Source: Candidatus Latescibacterota bacterium (GTDB lineage: Bacteria; Latescibacterota; UBA2968; UBA8231). From it: a stretch of 64,000 nt of DNA. A program made the translations under genes and the position numbers. The stretch lies in the NCBI GenBank assembly GCA_965204725.1, contig OZ242005.1, forward strand, positions 2,432,001 to 2,496,000, written 5' to 3'. Position 1 is the stretch's first letter. Each line of letters opens with the position of its first letter. This document shows, piece after piece, positions 9,252-19,471 of the stretch. The notes under the pieces were generated by a model. It was not told the DNA's origin. It searched no databases and worked only from the letters and a program-made list of their open reading frames with translations.

Positions 9252-10628
9252 GCATTTCCATCGGGCACCGCGTCCGCGTCCCTCCGCAACAGCTAGACCG
9301 GCCGACCGCAAAATCTCCAGATCGGCCCGCACTTGGCGTTCCGTTGCCCCGCCCCCAAGCCTCGACAGAATCTCCCGCAACGCAAGGCCCGTCGTGGAAA
9401 ATTGCTCAAGGATGGCCAAGACTTCTCGCTGGCGTTGGGTAATTTCGCGTTCCTCCCGAAGCGGCGGCCGGAAACGAACGGTTACACATCCGCCAGCGTC
9501 TTCTATTGCTAGCTTGGGCAAGCCGGCTTTCTCTATCAGTTCTGCCATCTTGAGCGTCCCGCGTCCCCACGCCTCAATTAACCCGCGCCGGTAGAACACC
9601 CGGGCGATTAGGGGATTCCAAGGAAGCGATTCGTGTGGAGCAAACAAGGCTTCGGCCGTCAGACCAAAGTGGAGGGCACCCGAGGAGGTTATTTCGAGCT
9701 TATCGTCGTACACGGCTACGGCCACAGAGCCGCCGCCGATGGAGTAGTCCCGGTGGCAAAAGGCATTTGCCAAAGCCTCGCGCAGCACGACGGGCGGATA
9801 AAGCGGGTCGTCCAAACGTTCAAACAGGCTCGGGGTGATGCGCCCGGCTATCGGCAGGTTTTCGCGCAGAAATAACTCCGCCTTCCTCAAGAGATCAAAG
9901 GCATTGCCGAACACTTGCCGATTGTCGAGGAACTCGGTCCGATCTACGCCCCGAAATCTGGCCACTCGCAACAGGCATTGAGGGTAAAACATCTCCAAGC
10001 GTTCAGCGCGACCGAACAATACCACGGCTGCTCGCAACAAGCGGTCCTCGTGAAGTAGCCCTAGCCCGCGCAGCAATTCCACCGGGTCGCGAGTGCCCGG
10101 ATCTTCTGCGCGTCCCCGTCGTATGGCTTCCTCTACCGTCCGCACGATTTCGGTCTGGTTGAGATCGGCCACCGTCCAGCCCGAAGCCGACTCGTTTTCC
10201 CAGCGGTGCTCGCTGTGTACCTGCTCAAGCAACAAGCGATTGTATTCGGCACGCGACATAGCTCGGTCTGTCGCTCCAACTCGACGATATGCCTGTCCGC
10301 GGTAGCTATACGGCCGGTTCTGGCCAGTCAGGACGCTCACGATCAGAACTTGGCGACCCGTTCCAAGGTCCACTCGATCAATGCTCGGAAATGCCGGTGG
10401 GTCTATTTCTGCTATCTCTTCTGCGATGTCTGTAAGCGTCCGGTCACCAACCTCTTGGCCAATAACCTGACCATTGGGTTCCACGCCGAACAACACGCGC
10501 CCGCCCCTGTGGTTCAGCATGGCGCATATAGACTTCGCTGCCTCCCTGCGTTGACCGGTGCTGCGCTTCAGTTCCAACGTCTCCGATTCGCCAGCAGCGG
10601 CCCAAGCGGCGACCTGATCGGGGAGCAT
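9246..10628 (-). CDS. AlbA_2 (Schlafen-like) domain + HATPase_c_4 + C-terminal wHTH protein (often annotated RecG-like or transcriptional regulator)
   Basis: GESETLELKRS..ICAMLNHRGGRVLFGV; YPPVVLREALANAFCHRDY; NPLIARVF..IEAWGRG; C-terminal helix-turn-helix pattern. Confidence 0.85.
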   Translation of the reverse strand: MLPDQVAAWAAAGESETLELKRSTGQRREAAKSICAMLNHRGGRVLFGVEPNGQVIGQEVGDRTLTDIAEEIAEIDPPAFPSIDRVDLGTGRQVLIVSVLTGQNRPYSYRGQAYRRVGATDRAMSRAEYNRLLLEQVHSEHRWENESASGWTVADLNQTEIVRTVEEAIRRGRAEDPGTRDPVELLRGLGLLHEDRLLRAAVVLFGRAERLEMFYPQCLLRVARFRGVDRTEFLDNRQVFGNAFDLLRKAELFLRENLPIAGRITPSLFERLDDPLYPPVVLREALANAFCHRDYSIGGGSVAVAVYDDKLEITSSGALHFGLTAEALFAPHESLPWNPLIARVFYRRGLIEAWGRGTLKMAELIEKAGLPKLAIEDAGGCVTVRFRPPLREEREITQRQREVLAILEQFSTTGLALREILSRLGGGATERQVRADLEILRSAGLAVAEGRGRGARWKCL

Positions 10629-10632
10629 AGGG

Positions 10633-13600
10633 CTATCCGTCCTGTTTCTCAGAGGAGCTTTGTAGGTTTGTTTTCATGTCCTGCCGATGGGTCTGCACAA
10701 ACCGGATACTCGTCTCTAACTCGCCTAATTGCAGCGGCACCTTGAGATCGTCCGAGTCTTTCAAGACGCGATGTAATTCTTCCATGGCGTCTTCGTCGAG
10801 TTCCACAAATTCCTTGTACATTGCCGCGCACAGGGGACATAACGCGAGGAATTGAGCTCCGTGTTCCTTGATAAAATAGTCTATTGAAAGTGTCTCGACT
10901 GCTTCAAAGTAATACTCGCCATCTCGTTTTTTGAATGGCATTTCCTCCTTGCAAATCTGGCAGACCATCTCGCCGGAATCATTCGTGTATTGCTCTTTAA
11001 GGTAGATTTTGGGGTCAACGTCTCCTCGTGATATGCGGACGCTTCTATCTCGGCTATCGTATTCTTTTTCAGGAGAGTTGGAGAGTTGTTCCTTAACCTT
11101 TTCTTGCCTACGATCTGGATTATTTGATATTTTCTCTGGAAATGTCGGCTTCTGCTGCTTATTCTGCTGCTGAATAAACTCGTCTATCATTCCGGGATTT
11201 TCATTATCCATCCTTACAAGCTCTTGACTGCGTTCGTATGAAGCAAATCCTATGCTTTTAGCAGCCTCTTCCTTGCGTTGATATTCTTGAGTAGCTTGTT
11301 CCTTTTCTTTCCATTTCTGTTCCTCACGATCCCGCCTGCCTTTTCCAAATTCTATTGCTTTTAACCATTGTACTCCAGCCTCATACAAAAAACCTTTTGG
11401 GAGCAGATCTGCAATGGCTTCATAAGGCTTCACGAACTTCACTCTACCATTCTCTGTTTGCGGCACCCACTCTCCTTTTATCAACCTCCAGACAAGAGTA
11501 GAATTTGCTGTACTAGTAGGACAGCTTTTATTTGGACGATACCTAGCATCAAGACAATCAATTTCAAACAATCCGTTCATTGTATTCCATATAAGTCTAG
11601 ACTTTCTCAAATCGGGTTCATTCAATAATATATCAAACTCTAGTATATCGTAATCTTCATCTATAGAATAGTAGGTTATCCGATCGCTGCTATATCTATG
11701 TAGCCTTGAGCTATCTGGATGATCCCAAGAAACCCATTGTTTTTTAATACATAGCTTAGTTAATGCGCCAACTGCTTCCGCAAATTTTCCGATCTTCTCG
11801 GCACTAACCCCACACTTTTTGTACTCTTCGGATAACGCCCGGTGTTGTGCATCATCTCCTAATACGTCATAATAGGCTGATAGTCCTGTTTCATAGAACG
11901 GCGAATCAAGGTAAACCTCACTCGGTTTGCCCCACTTCCCATCAGTCAGTTTGAATATGTAGTAAGACTTGAAAATATATGCCTGTTCGGAATGTTGTTC
12001 CACAAAATCAACGAAACGCTTGATGTCCTTGATTTTTGGTGCGAATCCTTCATTATTTCCATACCTATCCCTCAGAATGGCCTCAATCCGCTCTTTCTCG
12101 CCGACCTCACGAACCCCAATTTTTTTAAGAAATTCACGGACTTTATCCCGCTGGTTCTCGTCTTTGCCTGACGCATAGAGGCCCTTGGCAACGCGAGGCA
12201 TAGCTTTATCATGCTCCACCCCATCACTTGGAAAAAAGCAATCCTTTCCTTTTCTGTATTCTTTATCGCTGCATCGAACAATGCGAAGATTTAGTATCTC
12301 GCCCGACCAAGTTCTTTCTGATTCGTTCAGTAACAACACATAAAGCCTCTGATGCCACTCGTACGTTTTTCCTTTAAGCCACTTCATTATCGTCTCAGAC
12401 TCTTTGGATAATTCATCTACGAGGCTTGAGACAGTCCATGGTGTGATCTCCAACTCCGACATGGCTAAAAAACGATCTTCCCGCTGGTGCGGAGGATTCT
12501 CAATCCACAGCGGCGGGGAGTGTCCTTCACCTAGAATCGTCGCTAAATCTTTGTCGGCGATAAGGTCAGATAGCCGTACCAGCCCTCTGAAGGCATCCTT
12601 TGCAGGAGCATGACCTCCCTGTTTCATCGGGACCAGTTTTTCATTATTGAATACCTCAACTAGTCTCTCCATGATTGGCTTATAACGTAGGGGCAGGCTG
12701 TCTTGATCATTAGGGAGCGTTGCCAAAAACCTTACGGTCAACAGTCCTCGGTCGCGTATAGTGGTCATTGATTCCGCGATTAAATCCGCCAAGTGGTCCC
12801 GCAACTCATCATTTTCCGGGCAATCGCGGACGCTGTCTCGGGCAACGGTTGAAGCAAAAGGAGCGTGGAGATGAAACCGCAGATTGGACGTTTCCTTTTC
12901 GGCAGGGAAGTAAATGAAGACTTGCCCCGGCTCTAACGGCTTTATCCTCCATTGAACACTTTGGGATCGCTTTTGTTTTTTGGTTGGTCTTTTAGTTGGT
13001 CTTTTTGCAGTCTGTTCTTGTTCTCTCTCCAAAAGGAAAGCAGCGGCGATTCGACACGACTTCACTGCACCATCTTCGTCGTTTACCTCGACCTCCCTTT
13101 CAAACCGAAGAAAAGAGACTGATGTCGGTTCCGAGTCTTCGGGGTGTTGGACGAGAACCTCAATTCTGTTTTCTTGACCTGTTTCTCTCCGCTCGATAAA
13201 ACCCTCGGTCGAATCAGGCAGCCGATACTCTATTCTTTTGATATTGCTGAGGAAGAGAAGCGTACTTTCGTCCAGTTGCCGCAGATTTTTTTCTACTTCA
13301 TCACGAGCTTTTTCAGGTGGCTTTGCGTCATTATTAAAAGGGAACGAGAAATAAGTTTTTTTCTTACCCAGAGGGCGGGGAGCCAATTCTTCCATATCGG
13401 GCACGACTAAATCACGAATGCGGAAATGGTATTCGCCCGATGCAATTTCAGGCGTCTCCGTATAGGCAAATACAGCCTTAAAACCAACACCAAACTTGCC
13501 GATGCTAGTATGATCCTCTCTCTTCGTGCTAAAGCCGATGCTTGTAATAGAGTCCACATCCTCTAGAGTGAACAGTCGATCCCCGTTGTGTTCAAACTCG

Positions 13601-13794
13601 ACCCTGTTCTCTCTGAGCGTGAAGCGCACCTCTGTTGCGAGAGCATCCTCGGCATTTTGCAGAAGTTCATAAATGAAGTGCGCGTTATCGGGATACAGAT
13701 CGGTTAGTAAACGCTTGATGCCATCATCAAAGCCGTTTTCTCGGTTCGCCTCTACCCACTTCAAACGCTTCTTTCGTAATTCTTCCAAGCTCAT
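10633..13794 (-). CDS. Sacsin-like GHKL (HATPase) protein with C-terminal CxxC...CxxC HNH-like domain
   Basis: FIYELLQNAEDA, FEHNG, IGKFGVGFKAVF, FHLHAPF; C-terminal CQIC..MPF..YFEAVE..LALCPLC. Confidence 0.8.
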   Translation of the reverse strand: MSLEELRKKRLKWVEANRENGFDDGIKRLLTDLYPDNAHFIYELLQNAEDALATEVRFTLRENRVEFEHNGDRLFTLEDVDSITSIGFSTKREDHTSIGKFGVGFKAVFAYTETPEIASGEYHFRIRDLVVPDMEELAPRPLGKKKTYFSFPFNNDAKPPEKARDEVEKNLRQLDESTLLFLSNIKRIEYRLPDSTEGFIERRETGQENRIEVLVQHPEDSEPTSVSFLRFEREVEVNDEDGAVKSCRIAAAFLLEREQEQTAKRPTKRPTKKQKRSQSVQWRIKPLEPGQVFIYFPAEKETSNLRFHLHAPFASTVARDSVRDCPENDELRDHLADLIAESMTTIRDRGLLTVRFLATLPNDQDSLPLRYKPIMERLVEVFNNEKLVPMKQGGHAPAKDAFRGLVRLSDLIADKDLATILGEGHSPPLWIENPPHQREDRFLAMSELEITPWTVSSLVDELSKESETIMKWLKGKTYEWHQRLYVLLLNESERTWSGEILNLRIVRCSDKEYRKGKDCFFPSDGVEHDKAMPRVAKGLYASGKDENQRDKVREFLKKIGVREVGEKERIEAILRDRYGNNEGFAPKIKDIKRFVDFVEQHSEQAYIFKSYYIFKLTDGKWGKPSEVYLDSPFYETGLSAYYDVLGDDAQHRALSEEYKKCGVSAEKIGKFAEAVGALTKLCIKKQWVSWDHPDSSRLHRYSSDRITYYSIDEDYDILEFDILLNEPDLRKSRLIWNTMNGLFEIDCLDARYRPNKSCPTSTANSTLVWRLIKGEWVPQTENGRVKFVKPYEAIADLLPKGFLYEAGVQWLKAIEFGKGRRDREEQKWKEKEQATQEYQRKEEAAKSIGFASYERSQELVRMDNENPGMIDEFIQQQNKQQKPTFPEKISNNPDRRQEKVKEQLSNSPEKEYDSRDRSVRISRGDVDPKIYLKEQYTNDSGEMVCQICKEEMPFKKRDGEYYFEAVETLSIDYFIKEHGAQFLALCPLCAAMYKEFVELDEDAMEELHRVLKDSDDLKVPLQLGELETSIRFVQTHRQDMKTNLQSSSEKQDG

Positions 13795-16700
13795 TTTATC
13801 GCCTCAATGTTGAGCGTCCCATACGCCACCGGCTCCGTAATAATATCAACGGTTCCCTCGGCCCGCTCCAACTCCTCAATGCGCCGGTTGTAATCAGCCC
13901 CTGCCCGGTCCATCTGCGACCGCCGCATCCTCTGTATCTTCTCATCATTTGCCTGTTCAAGCTGCTCCCTGAGAAGTTCCATCTGCGCCCGATGGCTCGT
14001 CCTCAAACTCTCTTTGCGGTACGCTGCCAATTCCTCAGTCCGTTGCCGATGCGCCGACCATGCCTCAGACCACTGCCGACGATGCTCCTTCTCCAGTTCG
14101 TCCCACTCACCCTGTTCCCCTGCCTCGGCATCCTCCGCCTTTTCTAGCAGGCGACCCAAGTGCGGCGTTATCGTGTCCGACGAAGCAATTAGCTTGAGTT
14201 TCAAATCCTCCTTAATACCGTAGAACCGCCACTGGTAAACCACGAACGGATACCGGCCAGTAGGCACATCATCATCCCGCACCTTTAGATTGACGACAGC
14301 CCGTTCATTACGATCAAAAAACCGGGCTGCCTGTTTCACCAAAGGATGCAGCGGCGTGACGAAAGCAGCCTTTGGATGCTGGGTGGCGCAATCCTGATCA
14401 AAGGTTATTGATAGATGCGGCTCACCCCCTTTCAACCACGTCTCCCACTCCCGATAGATGCTCTGTCTAGGAAGCTGTTGGAAATCGTCCAACAAGCGGT
14501 TGCGCCCATCCTGCGAAAGCCGCAGCGTTTTCAGAGGTTTCTCGCCGAGGATAAAATCCCGCTCTTCTTCGCATCGCTGCTGCAAATAGAGCGCGACGAG
14601 CCTTTGCAGCGAACCCGGCGTCAGCCAAAAGCTCGAAGCGTCTTTAATCTCCTTCTTCATCTGGTCTTCAGGCAGGCGAATGCCAAAAAGCTCCATCTGC
14701 TTCTGTTCCAACTGTTCCTGTTCTTGTATTAAGCGAATCTCATTGTCTGCCAACTGCTGGAGTCGGGCTTGGCGTTCCGTTTCGCTCAAGGCATAGTTCT
14801 CGGCGATGTTCTTTATTTCTTTGGAAATCGCCCCGAGAATTTCTTCGCTACCGCCGAGAGCCTGCTCGAACACGCCGATGCGCTTGAGGCAACGGTCATA
14901 AATGTCCGCATCAACAGTGCCCGGCGTAATCAGGTTGACGATGGCAACGCTCTCGCTCTGCTGGCCGTTGCGGTCAATGCGACCGATTCGTTGCTCCACC
15001 CGCATCGGGTTCCAAGGCAAGTCGTAGTTCACAATGCAATCGCAGAACTGGTAATCCAAGCCCTCGCAACCAATTTCCGAGAACAGCAAAACATCGAGAG
15101 CACCGTTGTCCTCACGCGGTTTCTCAAACAGACGCCGCAGTTCAACGCGCTCCTCGTCAGGCGTCCCGCCGTGAACCATGGCGACGCGCACGCCATCCGC
15201 CTTGAGCTTCTCGTAAAGATAGCGCAACGTGTGGCGAAAGCTGCTGAACAACATGACCTTGTTGTTGGGCAGGGCTTGCTTGTCTTTAATGATCTTGCAC
15301 AGTTCCGCCAACTTGGGATCGTAGGGGTCGAGCGTACGCGCTTTCTCAAGCACACCCTCAATCTGGGATTGGATCGCGCCGACAGCCTCTCCCGCCGGGA
15401 CGGATTCTCCATCGTCGGCTTCCTCCCATTCCAATTCGTCGAGCCGGCGATGTAGAATGCTCTCGAGGAAAGGGACCAATCCATACAGGCAACTCGCAGC
15501 CTGGCGTCTAATCGTGGTCATCATAAACTTAACATTTCGATCCTCGTGCAGCCGGCTGAATATGTCTGCCTGAACAGCGAGCAATTCGTCGTGAAGTTGC
15601 TTTTGGCCGGGAGTAAACTCAACCCGTACCGTCTCCGGCTTCCGCACGGTGAATGCCCCAATATCGCGCCGCCGCGTCCTGTTAATCATGCCCGCAAACG
15701 TGTGCAGCGTTTCTATATCCGTAATGAGCTGAATGCGTTCACCCGCATCCACGCACCCCTCAGCAAGTTGTTCCCGGACTCGCTTAAATTCGGGATTGCG
15801 GCTGAGAATGGCCCGCCCCCAACCCGTAGCGGCCGCGTCGTCAAGTGCTTCCATGGCCTGAGTCGTCCAATCCGCCTCTTGGGTCCGCGCATGGTCCACC
15901 GCTTTATTGATAAATGGATTCGGCGCAGCTATAATCTCAAAACTCTCCATATCCTGAATCAGATCGGGCCGTAGCACGTTCAGCAGCACAAATAGGTCTC
16001 CGCTGCCAAGCTGGATCGGGGTCGCGGTCAAAAAGACCGCAGCCTCGGCGTAGTCACAGAAAAACCGGACAGCCTCATGAGAACGAGTGTTCGGATTGCG
16101 GATATGATGTGCTTCATCCACGATCACGAGATCGAAACAAGGCGGCGGGTCCAAATCGAGCAGTCCTTTTCCCTGCCTTCTTCGGCCTCTGCCCTTGCCC
16201 TCTGGTCCGTAAAGAAACACTTCGTCCAACAGCGAGTACGGGAGAATCACTTTCTGATGCTGAGCGGGCCATTCGCCTTCCCAATCCATCTCCTTGATAC
16301 AATACCTTAGCGTCGAGCCATCCAAATGGGTGAAGTCTTCGCCAAACCGCTTCATCTCACTTCTCCACTTGCTCTCGGTCACCAACGGACGGGGACATAT
16401 AATGAGGACAGACTTGATCTCCCGCCTCGCTTGTAGCTCCCGCAAGATCAATCCGGCTTCAATGGTCTTACCAACCCCGACGCCATCCGCGATCAACAGA
16501 CGCGGACGGTCTGACCGAATGAACCGCAGCACGGGCCGGAACTGATACGGAATGAAATTGACGCGCGCCGCGTTCAGCGAATACAACGTCGATAGGCTGG
16601 GGTGCCGAATCTGTAGCGCGGTCAGGTACGCGTGAAACAGGTCGCACGAAAGCGGCTGCGCCTCGTCATCGGGCTGGTCCTCGGCCTGCAACTGGGAGGC

Positions 16701-17672
16701 GTAATACGTCTGGACGCGGCTGTCCATAAACACCTCAACCCGATTTTCGGCCTGTCCCGAAAGCACCCTCACCACCGCACCCCGCAGGGAGGGGTTGGAC
16801 TTCAAGACAACGATCTGACCCGGTTCAAACTCCGTTTGGTCTAGCATATACGTTGGCGCCTTTTCGGCTGTTTGCGAAGCTAGGCGGCGGGTACGCGCTA
16901 GCTCCCTTTTTTGAGCTATCTGCACGGCACTGGCGGCAAGCAGACGACCGAGCACTTCCAAGTCGATCATTCGCACATGTTCGCAGACAGCTAGTACTTG
17001 GCCAAAATGCGTATCGAGCGATTGGCGTATCTGGTGTTTTCCGTCCACGGCCTCATCGGTCATGTAGCCGACTAAAATCTCGGCGGCCTTGGCGAGGTGA
17101 TAGAGTCCGATCAATTCGAGCGCGACCACCTTGGCATGGGCCGGTTCTCGTCCTGCCAGATGGTTCTTTTCAAAATCGGATTGGGCATCGCGCAGGCGGG
17201 AGATTCGTTCCAAAGCGACATTGAGGTCGGCGTAGTGATCCCGGCGAATCAGCCGTAGCCAAACGTCGAGGACGGTCGCCCAAGTGCGCTCGGGCCAATT
17301 TTCTGAGTCAATGGGAAGCTCAGCCCAAGGTTCATTCTTCAACCACTGCGCTGCATCAGCCCCTTTGTCGCCCAATACGGCGAGGCTGCCCGCTCTCAAT
17401 AGGGATTTCCCGGCGGCGAGTGGGTCAGCCGGACGAGGCAAAGCGCACAACAAGCAAAAGGCATCAGCAGCGGCGAGTTGCAGTTGCCTTTGTTTTTGCC
17501 CATCATGCGCTGCGTTCTCAAACACGAGATCGAGCACCACCATCTCCAGCACATCAGCAGCCCGTCGGATCAATTTTTCGTCTGCCAACTCGTGCGAATT
17601 CTGTGCATGTTGAGCTAGGTTCAGCGCCTGTTGGCGCATCTCTTCCTGATCTTCGAGCAGCCAATGACTCAT
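13791..17672 (-). CDS. SNF2-family (RapA/DrmD-like) helicase with an extra ~255-aa N-terminal helical domain
   Basis: PYQ, ADGVGVGKT, IVDEAHH, LTATP, EGLDYQ, NYDLPWNPMRVEQRIGRIDR. ATGA overlaps with both neighbours. Confidence 0.9.
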   Translation of the reverse strand: MSHWLLEDQEEMRQQALNLAQHAQNSHELADEKLIRRAADVLEMVVLDLVFENAAHDGQKQRQLQLAAADAFCLLCALPRPADPLAAGKSLLRAGSLAVLGDKGADAAQWLKNEPWAELPIDSENWPERTWATVLDVWLRLIRRDHYADLNVALERISRLRDAQSDFEKNHLAGREPAHAKVVALELIGLYHLAKAAEILVGYMTDEAVDGKHQIRQSLDTHFGQVLAVCEHVRMIDLEVLGRLLAASAVQIAQKRELARTRRLASQTAEKAPTYMLDQTEFEPGQIVVLKSNPSLRGAVVRVLSGQAENRVEVFMDSRVQTYYASQLQAEDQPDDEAQPLSCDLFHAYLTALQIRHPSLSTLYSLNAARVNFIPYQFRPVLRFIRSDRPRLLIADGVGVGKTIEAGLILRELQARREIKSVLIICPRPLVTESKWRSEMKRFGEDFTHLDGSTLRYCIKEMDWEGEWPAQHQKVILPYSLLDEVFLYGPEGKGRGRRRQGKGLLDLDPPPCFDLVIVDEAHHIRNPNTRSHEAVRFFCDYAEAAVFLTATPIQLGSGDLFVLLNVLRPDLIQDMESFEIIAAPNPFINKAVDHARTQEADWTTQAMEALDDAAATGWGRAILSRNPEFKRVREQLAEGCVDAGERIQLITDIETLHTFAGMINRTRRRDIGAFTVRKPETVRVEFTPGQKQLHDELLAVQADIFSRLHEDRNVKFMMTTIRRQAASCLYGLVPFLESILHRRLDELEWEEADDGESVPAGEAVGAIQSQIEGVLEKARTLDPYDPKLAELCKIIKDKQALPNNKVMLFSSFRHTLRYLYEKLKADGVRVAMVHGGTPDEERVELRRLFEKPREDNGALDVLLFSEIGCEGLDYQFCDCIVNYDLPWNPMRVEQRIGRIDRNGQQSESVAIVNLITPGTVDADIYDRCLKRIGVFEQALGGSEEILGAISKEIKNIAENYALSETERQARLQQLADNEIRLIQEQEQLEQKQMELFGIRLPEDQMKKEIKDASSFWLTPGSLQRLVALYLQQRCEEERDFILGEKPLKTLRLSQDGRNRLLDDFQQLPRQSIYREWETWLKGGEPHLSITFDQDCATQHPKAAFVTPLHPLVKQAARFFDRNERAVVNLKVRDDDVPTGRYPFVVYQWRFYGIKEDLKLKLIASSDTITPHLGRLLEKAEDAEAGEQGEWDELEKEHRRQWSEAWSAHRQRTEELAAYRKESLRTSHRAQMELLREQLEQANDEKIQRMRRSQMDRAGADYNRRIEELERAEGTVDIITEPVAYGTLNIEAIK

Positions 17673-18463
17673 GGTTCACCTCCAAGTATGCGGGCTGGAA
17701 GGGCACTGATGGCACAAGGCAGATATATGGCGATCAAGCGGCATGTTGTCGGGTATTGCAGTTTTTCCGCCATAGTTCGTCCTCGTGTCCGCAGATCCAA
17801 CTCATTGGGCTGCGTATCCCGAATCAGAACCCCAAAGAGTGCAAGAGCCTTGTTTTCCGACCCAAGGAATAGTCTAACCGCTGCCTTGAATGATGTTTCA
17901 TAGACCGTTCCTTTACAACGGGGTAGGAGCCACCTAAGAAGTTGACGAACCAAGGATAGGTTGTTTGCTAAGTTGTCTAGCTGAGGTATTAAACCGCTCC
18001 GACCGCTCATTACACTCGGTGGCGTTCTAATGTCAGTGGATGATTTCACCTCACCCAGTAGGAGGCGTGTAGCCCCATCTTCAACTATAAACCCAACCAG
18101 ATCTGCGCCTTGAAGGCTCGCATTAGGATGCCTCTTATCGCGTTTCGTGTTCCAAGGCCATATAATTCTATACTCGCGGCTCAGGTGCGCTTCAGCTACT
18201 GCTTCTCCCACCGCCCAGCTTGGTTCTTCGCTTATTTCGGCGGCCAGAATTTCCTCAAGGCTATCTCGAGCGAATCCCGTGTCGGCTAAGTCTTGAAGAT
18301 ACATTTCAAATTCGGCCTCGCCATCTTCGTCGTAAAGCCGTGCCGAAACTTCGTTGGACATAAACGAACTGAACGCATCGCCGTCTTTCATACCTACACC
18401 CTGCCAAGATACCTGACGGTCCTGTCCTTCGTAGTTTACGGTTAATAGATCTGGCTCTGTCAT
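17669..18463 (-). CDS. PD-(D/E)XK nuclease-like protein, Hachiman HamA-like
   Basis: VGEAVAE...GADLVGF...LLGEVKSS catalytic-type motif; coupled (ATGA) to a helicase gene. HamA likeness is from recall, not from a search. Confidence 0.6.
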   Translation of the reverse strand: MTEPDLLTVNYEGQDRQVSWQGVGMKDGDAFSSFMSNEVSARLYDEDGEAEFEMYLQDLADTGFARDSLEEILAAEISEEPSWAVGEAVAEAHLSREYRIIWPWNTKRDKRHPNASLQGADLVGFIVEDGATRLLLGEVKSSTDIRTPPSVMSGRSGLIPQLDNLANNLSLVRQLLRWLLPRCKGTVYETSFKAAVRLFLGSENKALALFGVLIRDTQPNELDLRTRGRTMAEKLQYPTTCRLIAIYLPCAISALPARILGGEP

Positions 18464-18560
18464 ACCCTCATCTCGCGGGCTATCAGCCGCGCTACCGTTT
18501 TAATAGGCCCCACCAGCATAGAAATCTAGGCGATGCGCTAGCTCAGCATAGCGTCGCGCC

Positions 18561-19367
18561 CTAGTACCCCAACCCGCGCAAATAATCGCGCATCCCCGCA
18601 CTCCGCCTCGCCTCGCTGACCGCGTCCTCGCCCTCGTAGGCCGGTTCGCCCGGACAGCTTGTTACCCAGCGGTCAAAGCCCCGCTCGGCGAGCGTGTTGA
18701 GCACCCCGGCAAAGTCGAGGCACTCGCCCTCGCCGACCGAAACCCACGCGGGATTGTAACGCCCCGGCTCGCGCACCGTGCAAGACGTATAGTCCTGTAG
18801 GTGGACGTAGTTGAGCGGTTCCCAAAAGTCAATCAGCGACTGCACTGGATCATAGCCCCACAGCTCGGCGTGCGAGACATCGATGCACAGCCGCGCCTTG
18901 TCCAGCAAGCTCATGTACAGCCGCCAATCCTCGGCCGAATCCACCAGCAAGTTGGTGTGGATGTGGTAGCTTAGCTCCAGCCCGTACTGGGCCGCGTACT
19001 CGGCCCACCGCTCGGCCCCCTCGGCCGCTCGCTCAATGTCGGCGCGTTCCGTCGGCCGGCCCTCGGGCTTGCGACCGCTCATAAACATAAAGCAATCCAC
19101 ACCCATCTCGGCGGCGAAATCCATCCGCCGCTTGTTGCGCTCGGTGTGCGCCCAGTCGCGGTCTTCGGGCGAGCCGCTAGCCGTAAACGCGCACAGCGGC
19201 AGGTCTGCGTCTTCGCACACTTGCTTCAGCCGCTTGGGCGGTCCTAACCAGTCGAGCGGCAAGCGCCCCTCCCAGCCGTCCCAACCGGCCTTTTTGAGCG
19301 CGGGCAGAGCCTCGGTCAAATCCGGCTGCCGCCAGCGCAGGGTCGCGTATCCCATCTTGAGTGCCAT
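18561..19367 (-). CDS. Sugar phosphate isomerase/epimerase (xylose-isomerase-like TIM barrel, IolE-like)
   Basis: GWDGWE, LSYHIH, LCIDVSH, YVHLQD, VGEG..DF motifs. Confidence 0.8.
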   Translation of the reverse strand: MALKMGYATLRWRQPDLTEALPALKKAGWDGWEGRLPLDWLGPPKRLKQVCEDADLPLCAFTASGSPEDRDWAHTERNKRRMDFAAEMGVDCFMFMSGRKPEGRPTERADIERAAEGAERWAEYAAQYGLELSYHIHTNLLVDSAEDWRLYMSLLDKARLCIDVSHAELWGYDPVQSLIDFWEPLNYVHLQDYTSCTVREPGRYNPAWVSVGEGECLDFAGVLNTLAERGFDRWVTSCPGEPAYEGEDAVSEARRSAGMRDYLRGLGY

Positions 19368-19471
19368 AATTCGCCTCCTCGGTCGTGGTGGTGGTTTAAC
19401 GTACAGTCGAACAGCGATCTACGGGCAAAGTTCGTTGCTCTTTTCTGGCATCGCAACGATATTTTTTTACC

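Noticed and set aside
12975-13010. Short repeat encoding KRPTKRPTKK in the sacsin-like gene
   Set aside because: A two-copy 12-bp in-frame duplication in a probable loop; too small to imply phase variation.
9116-18560. Defence island as an integrative element or prophage
   Set aside because: No integrase, transposase, phage genes, tRNA target or matching direct repeats at both ends were visible.
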